Notes: a model not told the origin generated them from the sequence alone. Positions 53,040 to 61,996 are shown, numbered from the stretch's first letter. The stretch: 64,000 nt of DNA from a bacterium (GCA_036396895.1 DASWKB010000043.1:1366-65365), one strand, 5' to 3'. Made by a program: numbers and translations.

Positions 53040-53112
53040 TTTCGTCCCTGCCGTCCCTTCCGTTTCCCCCGTCCACCTTCCATCGTCTACCGTCCACCTT
53101 CCGCCTTCTACC
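53040..53112. repeat. pyrimidine-skewed short-period repeat (ccgtccaccttcc x2, period 21)
   Basis: The copies are at 53069-53081 and 53090-53102. The region lies in a divergent promoter and shares short words (ccgtccac, ccatcgt) with the arms at 3288-3335. Confidence 0.6.
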
Positions 53113-53269
53113 AGTTCAGCGATCGCACGACGTGCCCCGTTCCCCATGCCCTGTTGGATCGACGCCTCTGTGCTCCCGGATGCGCTTGGAATGCGGCCCG
53201 ACGGACCGTATACTGGTGCCGGAACGCCCGGGGACCTCGAAACACCGCTCATCACACGAACGGAACGCC

Positions 53270-54475
53270 ATGAAGGTGTTGATCCTCACCAACGAGTACC
53301 CGCCGCACATCTACGGCGGCGCCGGCGTGCACGTCGATTATCTCAGCCGGGCGCTCGCCAAGCTGTGCCAGGTCGACGTGCGCTGTTTCGGAGACCAGCG
53401 GGAGCTGCTGGAGTCGCTGTCCGTCACCGGGTTCTCGGTCCATCCCCCGCGCTACACGGCGCCCGAGCCGCTCTGGGGCGTCTTCAGCGCGCTGCAGCGA
53501 TGCCTCGATTTCACAACGACGGGCGACGGGGCGGACCTCGTGCACGCGCACACCTGGTACACCTGCCTCGGCGGGATTCTGAACAAGCTGTCCTACACGA
53601 TCCCGTTCGTGCTGACGACGCATTCCCTCGAACCGCTGCGCCCCTGGAAGCGGGAGCAGCTTGGCGGTGGATACGACGTGAGCTGCTGGGTCGAGCGCGC
53701 GGCGGTGGAAGCCGCCAACGCGCTGGTCGCCGTGTCGGAGGACACGCGCCGGGACATCCTGCGGATTTACCGCCCGGCCCCGGAGAAGGTCCATGTGATT
53801 CACAACGGCATCGACCTGGACGAGTACCGCCCCACCGCGGATCCGGACCGGGTGCGCCCGCTGGGCATCGACCCCGCCAAGCCGTATGTCCTGTGCGTCG
53901 GGCGCCTGACCCGACAGAAAGGGCTCATCCACTTCGCCCGGGCCATCCGGAATCTTCCGGCGGACGTTCAGGCGGTGCTCTACGCCACCGCGCCCGACAC
54001 CAAGGAGATCGAAGCGGAGATCGAAGCGGAGATCGCCGCGCGGCAGCAGGAGCGCCCCGGCGTCGTCTGGATCCGGACCGTGTTGGATCTGCCCACCAAG
54101 GTCGCGCTGTACTCCCACGCCGAGGTGTTCTGCTGCCCTTCCGTGTACGAGCCGTTCGGCATCACGAACCTCGAAGCGATGGCGTGCGAGGTCCCGGTCG
54201 TAGCCAGCGCTGTCGGAGGCATCCGGGAGGTCGTGGTGGACGGAGAGACGGGCGTCCTGGTGCCGCTCGAGACGAATCCCGAGAGCCCGTTCGAGCCGGT
54301 CGATCCCGACCGGTTCGAATCCGATATCGCGAACGGGATCAAGGACGCGATGCGCAGTCCTTCCCGCCGCACGAAGATGGGAAAAGCAGGCCGCCGCCGC
54401 GCCGTCGAGCACTTCAGTTGGGCCGCCACCGCCAAGAAGACCTACGCCCTCTACCAGTCCATCCTCTCCCGCTGA
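53270..54475 (+). CDS. glgA: GT4 glycogen synthase (Corynebacterium-type GlgA family)
   Basis: MKVLILTNEYPPHIYGGAGVHV and CPSVYEPFGITNLEAMA. The track ORF is trimmed to the ATG at 53270. Confidence 0.8.
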   Translation: MKVLILTNEYPPHIYGGAGVHVDYLSRALAKLCQVDVRCFGDQRELLESLSVTGFSVHPPRYTAPEPLWGVFSALQRCLDFTTTGDGADLVHAHTWYTCLGGILNKLSYTIPFVLTTHSLEPLRPWKREQLGGGYDVSCWVERAAVEAANALVAVSEDTRRDILRIYRPAPEKVHVIHNGIDLDEYRPTADPDRVRPLGIDPAKPYVLCVGRLTRQKGLIHFARAIRNLPADVQAVLYATAPDTKEIEAEIEAEIAARQQERPGVVWIRTVLDLPTKVALYSHAEVFCCPSVYEPFGITNLEAMACEVPVVASAVGGIREVVVDGETGVLVPLETNPESPFEPVDPDRFESDIANGIKDAMRSPSRRTKMGKAGRRRAVEHFSWAATAKKTYALYQSILSR

Positions 54476-54503
54476 TTTCTCATCACCCTGGATCGTTCCC
54501 AAT

Positions 54504-54554
54504 AAAAACCCGGGACTGTCCCGGATAAAAACCCGGGACTGTCCCGGGTTTTTT
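54504..54554. repeat. tandem REP pair
   Basis: aaaaacccgggactgtcccgg ata aaaaacccgggactgtcccgggtttttt, located 29 nt after the glgA stop. Confidence 0.85.
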
Positions 54555-54647
54555 GGGTGAAATGAGGGTAAGGAGAAGCTGGAGTGAGGGTGATGGCGAG
54601 GACAGGAGGCGGATGAACTGTCCAATTTGGGGGAAAGCGATGGAATT

Positions 54648-54671
54648 AACCCGGGACTGTCCCGGGTTTTT
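54648..54671. repeat. single REP
   Basis: aaCCCGGGACTGTCCCGGGttttt. Confidence 0.85.
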
Positions 54672-54868
54672 CGGGCTGCCGAACTGGCGTCCCTGTGAGC
54701 TGACGCCATGCGGTACCTCTGCGGAACGTTCAACGTCCGGCACCATGCCGGTCAGGCAGTGGATGCCCTCACAGCGGGGGGACTGCAAGACCCCCACCTG
54801 GGACACGTTCACGAGAACTTCGGCCAAGCGTTCCACCCCGTCCGGGTCATCCCCGTCCGGGATGGTGC

Positions 54869-55072
54869 TTACGACTTGAGGACGTTCGACGCCTGCGGGC
54901 CCTTGGGGCCGTTCGTGACCTCGAACTGCACCGTCTCACCTTCCCGGAGGGACTTGAAGCCCTCTCCCTGGATGGCCGTGTGGTGGACGAACACGTCCTT
55001 CGAGCCGTCCTCTGGGCTGATAAAGCCGTAGCCCTTCTGGTCGCTAAACCACTTCACGGTACCTTTTGCCAT
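54869..55072 (-). CDS. cspA: cold-shock protein (CspA family)
   Basis: [18 protein letters not shown]...DVFVHH contains the RNP1 and RNP2 motifs. Confidence 0.95.
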   Translation of the reverse strand: MAKGTVKWFSDQKGYGFISPEDGSKDVFVHHTAIQGEGFKSLREGETVQFEVTNGPKGPQASNVLKS

Positions 55073-55100
55073 ATGATCTCACCCCCTTCCTCGTATTGTC

Positions 55101-55322
55101 TTACCGCTTCAAGAGATACACGATCCGACCCTGCGTCAGATCGTACGGCGAGAGCAACATCCCCACCGTATCGCCTTCGATGATGCGCCTGGACTGGAAC
55201 CGGATCTTTCCGGCGACATAGGCCAGAACTTGATGTCCGTTGGTCAGCTCCACCCGGAAACGGGAGTTCCGCATCCGCTCGATCACCTTGCCCTCCACGC
55301 CAACCCCGTCTTCTTTGGCCAT
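55101..55322 (-). CDS. infA: translation initiation factor IF-1
   Basis: [41 protein letters not shown]...[13 protein letters not shown]. Confidence 0.95.
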   Translation of the reverse strand: MAKEDGVGVEGKVIERMRNSRFRVELTNGHQVLAYVAGKIRFQSRRIIEGDTVGMLLSPYDLTQGRIVYLLKR

Positions 55323-55496
55323 GGCTGCTCCCGTTCGCGCTGGCGTGGCAGGTGCCGGATAGCAAAACACCGCAGAGCATGTTTACAGCTCCACGGCGCT
55401 TCGGCATTGACCCTAATGGTGAAAGCTGAAAAACACTACCGCAGGAGGATAGCCGATGTTCCCGGTAAAGTCAAGCGCTAAAACCTGCCCTCAGAC

Positions 55497-55579
55497 GCTG
55501 GAAGCTAGATGCTGGAGGCTGGAATGATCGGTTGTTGTGCACGTCCACTCATTCCAGCTTCAAGCTTCCAGCCTCCAGC
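55497..55579. repeat. imperfect hairpin built from CCAGC(T/C)T units
   Basis: The arms are gctggaagctagatgctggaggctggaatga and tcattccagcttcaagcttccagcctccagc. The 25-mer ttccagcttcaagcttccagcctcc (55552-55576) is identical to 61107-61131. Confidence 0.7.
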
Positions 55580-55648
55580 TTCTCGCCATTCGCCTGATGG
55601 ACAGACGGACCAAACGGCCTGACGCCTCCGTGGTGTATACTGAGGGCC

Positions 55649-56437
55649 ATGCGGGACCGCCTGATCTCCCTCGTCTTCTGGATCTGGATCACCCTGGCCA
55701 CTGTCCTCTTCACCGTTCTGGTCGGGGTGGCGGCCCTGCTGAGCGCTCCGTTCGACCGGATCCGGCGCCTCCCGCGGGCGCTCACCGCCTGGTGGGGGCG
55801 AGCCGTCCTCAGGGCCAACCCGATCTGGACGCTCACCATCGATGGCCAGGAGCACCTGCCTCGCCGGGGCGCCTACGTCCTCGCCGCCAACCACGCCAGC
55901 CTCGCCGACATCATCGTGCTGTTCCACCTGCGCTCTCCGTTCAAGTGGATCGCGAAGGACAGCCTCTATCGCGTTCCCTTCCTGGGCTGGTCCATGCACT
56001 GGGCGGGCAACATCCACCTGGTACGCGGGGATCAGGGCAGCATCCGCGAAAGCTACACCGAGGCGCTGGCGTGCCTCAAGCGCGGCGTGCCGGTCATGGT
56101 GTTTCCGGAAGGGACCCGCACCCGCAGCGGGGAGCTGGGCCCGTTCAAGCGGGGCGCGTTCCAACTGGCCATCAAGGCGCAGGTGCCGGTCGTTCCGGTC
56201 GTGGTCCACGGTACCTACGCGCTGATCAAGCCTCACAGCTGGGTCTTCAGGCCGGCGCCAGGCATGCGCGCCCAGGTCCTGCCGCCGGTTCCGCCGCCGC
56301 CCCAGGACTCACCCGGGGCGGCCGACCGCCTGCGCGACCATGTCCGCGGCCTGGTGGCCGGGGAGCTCTCGCGCGGGCAGCGCGAACCGGCGCGTCAGGG
56401 GTGCACCATGCACCCGGGACAGACGACCGGATCCTGA
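55649..56437 (+). CDS. plsC: 1-acyl-sn-glycerol-3-phosphate acyltransferase
   Basis: NHASLADI (HX4D) and FPEGTRT. Its 3' end overlaps the convergent nirK by 43 nt. Confidence 0.85.
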   Translation: MRDRLISLVFWIWITLATVLFTVLVGVAALLSAPFDRIRRLPRALTAWWGRAVLRANPIWTLTIDGQEHLPRRGAYVLAANHASLADIIVLFHLRSPFKWIAKDSLYRVPFLGWSMHWAGNIHLVRGDQGSIRESYTEALACLKRGVPVMVFPEGTRTRSGELGPFKRGAFQLAIKAQVPVVPVVVHGTYALIKPHSWVFRPAPGMRAQVLPPVPPPPQDSPGAADRLRDHVRGLVAGELSRGQREPARQGCTMHPGQTTGS

Positions 56438-57459
56438 TCCGACGCAAAGAGATCGTCGCGCGGCTCGCCCTCGACCTGGAGGTAGCCGACCGCGCCCTTC
56501 TCCACCCGGAAGATGGCGTGGTCCACCAGGGTGTACGTGCCCGGGACCTCCACCGTGAACTCCACGACGGCGGCTCCTCCCGGCGGCACCAGCGTCGTCT
56601 GCACGCTGCGCGCGGGCGGGCTCACCAGATCCGCCTCGCGGTAGACATTGTCGAAGATCTCCCCGATCACGTGGAAGGAGGAGATCAGATTCGGCCCGGC
56701 GTTCCCGAAAAAGATCCGCACGCGGTCGCCCGTCTCGGCCGTGAGCGCCCCCTCGCCGATCAGCGCGCCCTTCTGCCCGTTGAACACCACGAACCGCGGG
56801 TGCTCCGCGAGCCCCTCCTCATGCGAAAACACCAGCCGTTCCGACCCATCGGGAGCCGGCACCGCGTAAAACTCGCTCTGCAGCACGTAGAACTCCCGGT
56901 CGGCCTGCGGCAGCCCCCGCTCCGGCTCCACCAGGATGAGCCCGTACATGCCGTTGGCGATGTGGTCCATGACCGGGGGAGCTGCGCAGTGATAGATGAA
57001 CAGCCCGGGGTGCATGAGCTTGAAGTACCCGATCCGCTCTTCTCCCTCGACCACCGTCGTCACCGTGGCGCCGCCTCCGGGCCCCGTCACGGCGTGCAGA
57101 TCGATGTTGTGCGGCATGCCCGACTTGTCGCTGTTCGTCACGTGGATTTCCAGCACATCGCCCCGGCGGGCGCGGATAAACGGGCCGGGCACCCGATCAT
57201 TGAACGTCCAGAAGGCGTACGAGAGGCCGTCTCCGAGTTCCTCAGTCTTCATGCCGGAGTCCAGCGTCACCTTCACCACCGCCGGCGTCTTGCGGGTGAT
57301 CGGCGGCGGCGCCTCCGGGGCGTACGTCAGCACCCCGTCGACGCTGTCATAGGCCGGCTGCTCGCCGTGCTCGTGCTGCGCCAGCACCCGGGGCAGCACA
57401 ACCAGCAGTCCCGCCACGGCCAGCCCCACGGCCGTCAACCACGTCGCGCGTCCCCTCAT
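56395..57459 (-). CDS. nirK: copper-containing nitrite reductase
   Basis: Signal peptide, HNIDLHAVTGPGGG, and YHCAAPPVMDHIANGMYG. The ATG overlaps the rrf2 stop (ATGA). Confidence 0.88.
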   Translation of the reverse strand: MRGRATWLTAVGLAVAGLLVVLPRVLAQHEHGEQPAYDSVDGVLTYAPEAPPPITRKTPAVVKVTLDSGMKTEELGDGLSYAFWTFNDRVPGPFIRARRGDVLEIHVTNSDKSGMPHNIDLHAVTGPGGGATVTTVVEGEERIGYFKLMHPGLFIYHCAAPPVMDHIANGMYGLILVEPERGLPQADREFYVLQSEFYAVPAPDGSERLVFSHEEGLAEHPRFVVFNGQKGALIGEGALTAETGDRVRIFFGNAGPNLISSFHVIGEIFDNVYREADLVSPPARSVQTTLVPPGGAAVVEFTVEVPGTYTLVDHAIFRVEKGAVGYLQVEGEPRDDLFASDQDPVVCPGCMVHP

Positions 57460-57908
57460 CGCCCCCTCCTCTGTTCGGGCCCGGCAGCCCGGCTCTGTTC
57501 CGACGCGCCGATCAAATCGCGCAGCGTCGTCGAGCGCAGCCGATCCAGGAGCACGCGCCGCGCGCTCGTCCAGACGCCGTGCATCGGGCAGGATCGCTGA
57601 TCCGTGCACGCCGGCAGACCCATCACACACTGCTCGAGCGCCCCTTCCCCCTCGATGGCCGTGATGATGTCCAACACGCTCACGGCGCGCGGCTCGACGG
57701 CGAGCGCGTACCCGCCCCCGGGCCCTCGGACCGCTTTCAGCAGTCCCCGCTGGCTCAGCCGCTGCACGGCCTTGCGCGCGAACGCCTCGGGAATGCCGGC
57801 GCGCCGGCACACGGCCCGCGCCGTGCGCCGCCCCTTCCGGGCCGGCGCGGCCAGCTCCACCAGCGCACGAATCGCGTACTCGCATTCCTTGTTGTAGAGC
57901 CGGACCAT
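57456..57908 (-). CDS. nsrR: Rrf2-family transcriptional regulator (NsrR-like)
   Basis: YAIRALVELA is the wHTH, and the three-Cys cluster is CVMGLPACTDQRSC. It is coupled to nirK. Confidence 0.8.
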   Translation of the reverse strand: MVRLYNKECEYAIRALVELAAPARKGRRTARAVCRRAGIPEAFARKAVQRLSQRGLLKAVRGPGGGYALAVEPRAVSVLDIITAIEGEGALEQCVMGLPACTDQRSCPMHGVWTSARRVLLDRLRSTTLRDLIGASEQSRAAGPEQRRGR

Positions 57909-57925
57909 CGCGTTGTGCTCCTATT

Positions 57926-57943
57926 ATGGATAACATTATCCAT
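57926..57943. promoter_or_regulatory. AT-rich perfect inverted repeat ATGGATAA-ca-TTATCCAT (candidate Rrf2/NsrR operator)
   Basis: It lies 18 nt upstream of the rrf2 start codon. It is the only AT-rich palindrome in this intergenic region. Confidence 0.6.
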
Positions 57944-58027
57944 TATTCAACGATGTTGTCAAGCCCCGGGGCGCGGGCCGGATATGGTATCGTGGGCCGG
58001 CTGCCGCCTCGCCACCGGAGCGTGCCG

Positions 58028-58621
58028 ATGCCTTGGTACCATCCGACGATCGAGAACCAGTGGACGCAGCCGGCCGGGACGCGCCGGGACGCCGACCGCC
58101 AGCACTGGCAAGTCGCCTTCGCCGACGCGGACGGGCTGCTGCTCCTGGGCTGCTTCGACCACGTGATCGAAAGCCACACCCATATCAGAAACCTCCACGC
58201 CGTGCCCATCGTCGAGCGGGTCTGGCCGCAGCTCGTGCTCGACCTGAGCGAGGCCCTGCCCGTCCTCGCCGGCCCGGACGGCCCCGTGGAGCGCTCCCCG
58301 GAGGGCGTGACCCGGGGGCTGGGCCGCTGGGGCCGCGCTCCTGACGATGCAGCCGACGTCCTGCTGCTCCTGCGCGGCGGCGATCCGCCTGAGGACTGGA
58401 GCCGCGGGCTGCGCAACCCCGCGGCGCGCCTCGGGGTGCATCTCTCGGCCGTGCGGGCGCTCCTGGTGAAACGCGAGCGGGCGCTCGTGTGGGCGCTCGA
58501 CGGGCATCTCTACGGGGCGTTTCTTGGCGTCGGCGAGGCGGCGGTGCGGGCGAAGCTGGAGCGCGCGGAGGCGCTGGTGGGGTACCCCGCCGCGCGGCAT
58601 CAGCGGCTGCGGCTGGCGTGA
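58028..58621 (+). CDS. hypothetical protein
   Basis: The ORF 57926..58621 is trimmed to MPWYHPTIENQ because the first ATG lies inside the operator palindrome. No motif was recognised. Confidence 0.35.
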   Translation: MPWYHPTIENQWTQPAGTRRDADRQHWQVAFADADGLLLLGCFDHVIESHTHIRNLHAVPIVERVWPQLVLDLSEALPVLAGPDGPVERSPEGVTRGLGRWGRAPDDAADVLLLLRGGDPPEDWSRGLRNPAARLGVHLSAVRALLVKRERALVWALDGHLYGAFLGVGEAAVRAKLERAEALVGYPAARHQRLRLA

Positions 58622-58628
58622 GCGGGCG

Positions 58629-59030
58629 TCAGGCCGGCGGCGGCCGGTCGAGGTCGTGCAGGTGCAGCTGGAGGGCGGCGACCGAAATCTGGATCTCCCG
58701 GAACGCCAGGGCCAGCGAGCCGAGCAGCAAGAGCAAGCTGAACGCGAAGAGCCCCTTCGCGATCCCCATCCGGCCTTCGAACAGGACGAACATGCACAGC
58801 ACGCACATGAAAAGGCTGGCGATGGCGAGCGCCTGCATGTTCCGGATCAGCAGGACCCGGCGCCTGAGCGCCCGAATCTGCTCGGCGACGTTCCGCTCCG
58901 GGCGCGTCGCGTAGACGTCATGCAGCTCCCGGATCACCTTCGCGACCGCGAGAAACCGGTTGGCGTAGACGAGCAACAGCAGCGAGACCGCCGGCAGGAG
59001 CAGCGCCGGAGTGGCGAGGGTTATGTCCAT
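58629..59030 (-). CDS. DUF2721-like small membrane protein
   Basis: MDITLATPALLLPAVSLLLLVYANRFLAVAKVIRELH plus two further TM segments. Confidence 0.65.
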   Translation of the reverse strand: MDITLATPALLLPAVSLLLLVYANRFLAVAKVIRELHDVYATRPERNVAEQIRALRRRVLLIRNMQALAIASLFMCVLCMFVLFEGRMGIAKGLFAFSLLLLLGSLALAFREIQISVAALQLHLHDLDRPPPA

Positions 59031-59064
59031 CCTCAGCCTCCTGGGGCCGCATGCGCGGACGCGC

Positions 59065-59592
59065 TCATTCCCGCACGAGCGCGCGCACGGTCGCCTTGAC
59101 CGCCTCGCTGCGCATGCCCCGCTCGAGCCCTCGGGCGAAGGCCTCTTCGGCCGTCCGGCCGCGGTGAAACCGCTCGTAGACCGCCCACAGCCCGCCCACG
59201 CGGTTGCCCGAGCTGCAGAAGACGAGCGCCGGCCTGTCCGCCGGATCGCCCACCGCGTCGGCCAGCGCATCCGCCTGCTGCCGGCTCAGCGTCTCGGGCG
59301 TGACCGGGATGTTCACGTAGGTCATGCCGAGCTCGCGCGCCGCGGCCTGCTCCGCCTTGAGCCCTTCCGCCGGTAGGCGCAGATCGACCACGGTTCGCAC
59401 GCCCTGGGCGGAGGCCTCGTTGAGCGTTTCCGCAGACGGCACGCCGCCGCCCGCCACGTCCTCATCCAGCAGCACCGCGTTCGGCAGTCCGGACATCCGC
59501 GAGAGCTCAAGCCGCGCGGGCTCCGCCGACGCGTCCGCCAGCGCAAGCGTGATGCCGAGCGCGGCCCCCGCCGCGATCCGCAGACGCGTCAT
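59065..59592 (-). CDS. exported DUF442 / PTP-like (sulfurtransferase-associated) protein
   Basis: Signal peptide, TVVDLR, YVNIPV, and VFCSSGNRVG, which is a P-loop-like Cys. Confidence 0.55.
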   Translation of the reverse strand: MTRLRIAAGAALGITLALADASAEPARLELSRMSGLPNAVLLDEDVAGGGVPSAETLNEASAQGVRTVVDLRLPAEGLKAEQAAARELGMTYVNIPVTPETLSRQQADALADAVGDPADRPALVFCSSGNRVGGLWAVYERFHRGRTAEEAFARGLERGMRSEAVKATVRALVRE

Positions 59593-60656
59593 GCCGCCTT
59601 CCGCTCTCCTGAGCGTTGCTCAAGCTGATCCACACGCTCCTCCATCCGTCCCATGCGCGTGATCAGCTGCGCGAACCGCTTCAGGGTCTCCGGAAGCCGG
59701 GAAAGCGCTGCCAGCTGCCGCTTCGTGTTCGCGATCGCGCGGGCCGGGTTGCCCCAGACGATCTCGCCCGGCGCCACCGACTTCGTCACCACGCTGCAGA
59801 GCCCGATTTTGGCGCCCTCGCCGATGTCCACGTGGTCCGTGATGCCGACCCGGCCTCCGAACATGGCGTAGTTGCCCACCGTCACGCTGCCCGAGAATCC
59901 GGACTGGCCCGCGATGACCACGTGCTCGCCGATGCGGTCGTTGTGCCCGATCTGGACCAGGTTGTCGATCTTCGTCCCGCGCTTGATGAGCGTGGACCCC
60001 ATCGTGGCGCGGTCGATGCACACGTTGCAGCCGATTTCCACGTCGTCCTCGATCACGACGTTGCCGACCTGCGGCACTTTCACGTGCCGGCCCTGGTGGA
60101 AAATGTAGCCGAACCCGTCGCCGCCGATGACCGAGCCGCCGTGGATGCGCACGCGATTGCCGATGGAGCACTGGCGGTAGACCACGGTGTTCGGGCCGAT
60201 CAGGCAGTCGGAGCCGATCGTGACGCCGTCGCCGATGACGGCGCCGGCCTCGATCAGCGTGCCCCGCCCGATCGACACGTCATCGCCGATGACCGCGTTG
60301 GCCCGGACGGCCACGGGGTCCTCCACACGCGACCGGGAGCCCAGCACCGCCGTGGGATGAACGGCGCGCTCCGTCACGAGAGCCGGGTGGAACAGGTCCA
60401 TGGCCAGCACGAAGGCCAGCTTCGGGTTGAGCACGCTGATGCCGGACTTGCCGGGCAGCTCCTGCACGTCGTCGCCGACGATGACCGCCGACACGGCGGC
60501 GGCGAGCGCCTGCGCCACGCGGCGCGGCGAGTCGGCGAAGCTCAGCTCGCCTTCCCGCGCGGCCTCCAGCGCATTCACGCCACGGATCAGCATCCCGCCG
60601 TCCCCGATGAGGCGTCCGTTCAGGTACTTGGCAAGGTCGGCCATGGTGCGTTCCAT
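59589..60656 (-). CDS. lpxD: UDP-3-O-acylglucosamine N-acyltransferase
   Basis: It has the N-terminal LpxD domain and extensive hexapeptide repeats, including VGNVVIEDDVEIGCNVCIDRAT. Confidence 0.9.
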   Translation of the reverse strand: MERTMADLAKYLNGRLIGDGGMLIRGVNALEAAREGELSFADSPRRVAQALAAAVSAVIVGDDVQELPGKSGISVLNPKLAFVLAMDLFHPALVTERAVHPTAVLGSRSRVEDPVAVRANAVIGDDVSIGRGTLIEAGAVIGDGVTIGSDCLIGPNTVVYRQCSIGNRVRIHGGSVIGGDGFGYIFHQGRHVKVPQVGNVVIEDDVEIGCNVCIDRATMGSTLIKRGTKIDNLVQIGHNDRIGEHVVIAGQSGFSGSVTVGNYAMFGGRVGITDHVDIGEGAKIGLCSVVTKSVAPGEIVWGNPARAIANTKRQLAALSRLPETLKRFAQLITRMGRMEERVDQLEQRSGERKAA

Positions 60657-60994
60657 GTCGCGTCTCCTCCGGACGTGACAGCTCAACCCGCGAGGATGAG
60701 CCGATCGTCGTTGCCGGGGTTGCGTGCGGTCGCGCTGCGGAGGGCTTCTGAAGCGCCCTCCCCAGGGAATCCGATCCCTCGATGGTCAGGCAGCGCGTAA
60801 GTTTAACGCTATTATACTCGGCATGCGCTCAGGCCGCCATCATCGCCGTGATGACCAGAGAACGGCGTGAGAGGTGACACGTAACACGCCGCAGCGTAGC
60901 AACAAGCAACAAGCGACACGCCACAAGGGATCGGCTGTTCCGTCTGTTTGGATTCCTGCGTCATGAGCGCATCGAGAGGCTGGAACGCCGGCTC

Positions 60995-61135
60995 GTCCAT
61001 TCCGTCAGTCCCGTCATTTCCGTCTGTCCGTCACCACGCCGAGGTGTGCCGACGGAATAGACGGACTGACGGAGAAGACGGAAGAGACGGCACGCTGGAT
61101 TCGACGTTCCAGCTTCAAGCTTCCAGCCTCCGGCT
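60995..61135. repeat. modular hairpin: CCGTC-unit arms (60995-61032 / 61051-61090) followed by the CCAGCTT-unit module
   Basis: The arms show block-wise complementarity in their gacgg/ccgtc units. The 15-mer gacggaatagacgga also occurs, reverse-complemented, at 63886-63900. Confidence 0.65.
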
Positions 61136-61157
61136 TCAGACCAGATTGGAGGCCGAC

Positions 61158-61196
61158 CATGACAGGATTGTCATGAAAAAGTCCCCCGCCTGTCAG
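61158..61196. promoter_or_regulatory. palindromic cATGACAggatTGTCATg plus a phased cTGTCAg heptad
   Basis: The 7-4-7 inverted repeat at 61158-61175 is perfect. A further heptad lies 22 nt downstream. The site is 43-81 nt upstream of the ATG at 61239. Confidence 0.55.
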
Positions 61197-61238
61197 CATC
61201 GGCTCGGTAGGATGCCATCCACAACAGGGAGGTGTGCC

Positions 61239-61808
61239 ATGGAACGACCCTTGAGGAGCGTGGGGTGGAGCCTGGCCGCTGGCGCGGCTGCGGCGGCGCT
61301 GGCCGGAGCCGTTGCGGCGCAGTCGATGATCGCCACCGGCAAGATCGTGTCGGTCGACTCCCAGCAGCAGGTGCTGAAGCTCAAGACCGGATGGTTCTCC
61401 ACGGAAGAATTCCGGGTCACGCCTGAGGCGGAAATCTTCGCGGGCGCGGAGTCATTCGAGCTCGAGCAGCTGCAGAACGGGATCGAAGCCACGGTGGAAT
61501 ACAGTGAGGAAAACGGCGAGCGGGTCGCGCAGTCGATCGCGCTCAACGAGGAAGACGTCCACGAGCTTGGGTTGACGCCGGCGGCCCCGGCTTCCGAGCT
61601 GGATGAGAACCGCGCGGGTTCGTTCCCAGAGGAGTTCGGAACTCAGGAGCAGCCGGCCGCGCCTGAGCCATCGCCGGAACCGCTGGAGCCCGTCGGCTCT
61701 GGATCCCCCTCGGAGCCGGCACCGATGCCGGAACCTTCGGCGGGCCCCGGCCAGGGCATGGAGGAGGAAGAGCCCTCAGGCGCAGCGTCTCCGGGGGGTA
61801 TGTACTAA
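61239..61808 (+). CDS. secreted beta-domain protein (paralog of 42161..42529) with Pro/Glu-rich tail
   Basis: RBS agggagg. It has a signal peptide, and TGKIVSVDSQQQVLKL...FRVTPEAEI...LQNGIEATVEYSEENGERVAQSI. Confidence 0.6.
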   Translation: MERPLRSVGWSLAAGAAAAALAGAVAAQSMIATGKIVSVDSQQQVLKLKTGWFSTEEFRVTPEAEIFAGAESFELEQLQNGIEATVEYSEENGERVAQSIALNEEDVHELGLTPAAPASELDENRAGSFPEEFGTQEQPAAPEPSPEPLEPVGSGSPSEPAPMPEPSAGPGQGMEEEEPSGAASPGGMY

Positions 61809-61943
61809 ATGCGCCCACGATTGCATCTAAACATTGGGCGCATGTACCCTGAGCGAAGTCGAAGGGTACCCCCTCGACTCGCTTTGCTCGCTCGGGGTAA
61901 ATGGAACCCATTCGAATGTTAACATGCAATGTGGGTTCCATTT
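61809..61943 (+). other. three consecutive strong hairpins (9-, 7- and 12-bp perfect stems) in a lower-GC spacer
   Basis: The stems are atgcgccca/tgggcgcat, gtaccct/agggtac and aaatggaaccca/tgggttccattt. Confidence 0.6.
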
Positions 61944-61996
61944 AGAACCCGTTTCACAAATCTCAGTCCCGTCCTCCAAGACTTCCACAGCCGGAA

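Noticed and set aside
54483-54836. 117-aa minus-strand ORF downstream of cspA
   Set aside because: Its C-terminal half is a read-through of three REP elements (KNPGQSRV, KKPGTVPG). The first roughly 55 codons have moderate GC3 and could be a small cspA-linked gene. I see no RBS or motif, so I do not report it as a feature.
55537-57600. 687-aa ORF on the plus strand
   Set aside because: It overlaps plsC in another frame and is antisense to nirK, both of which have diagnostic motifs. It starts inside a repeat hairpin.
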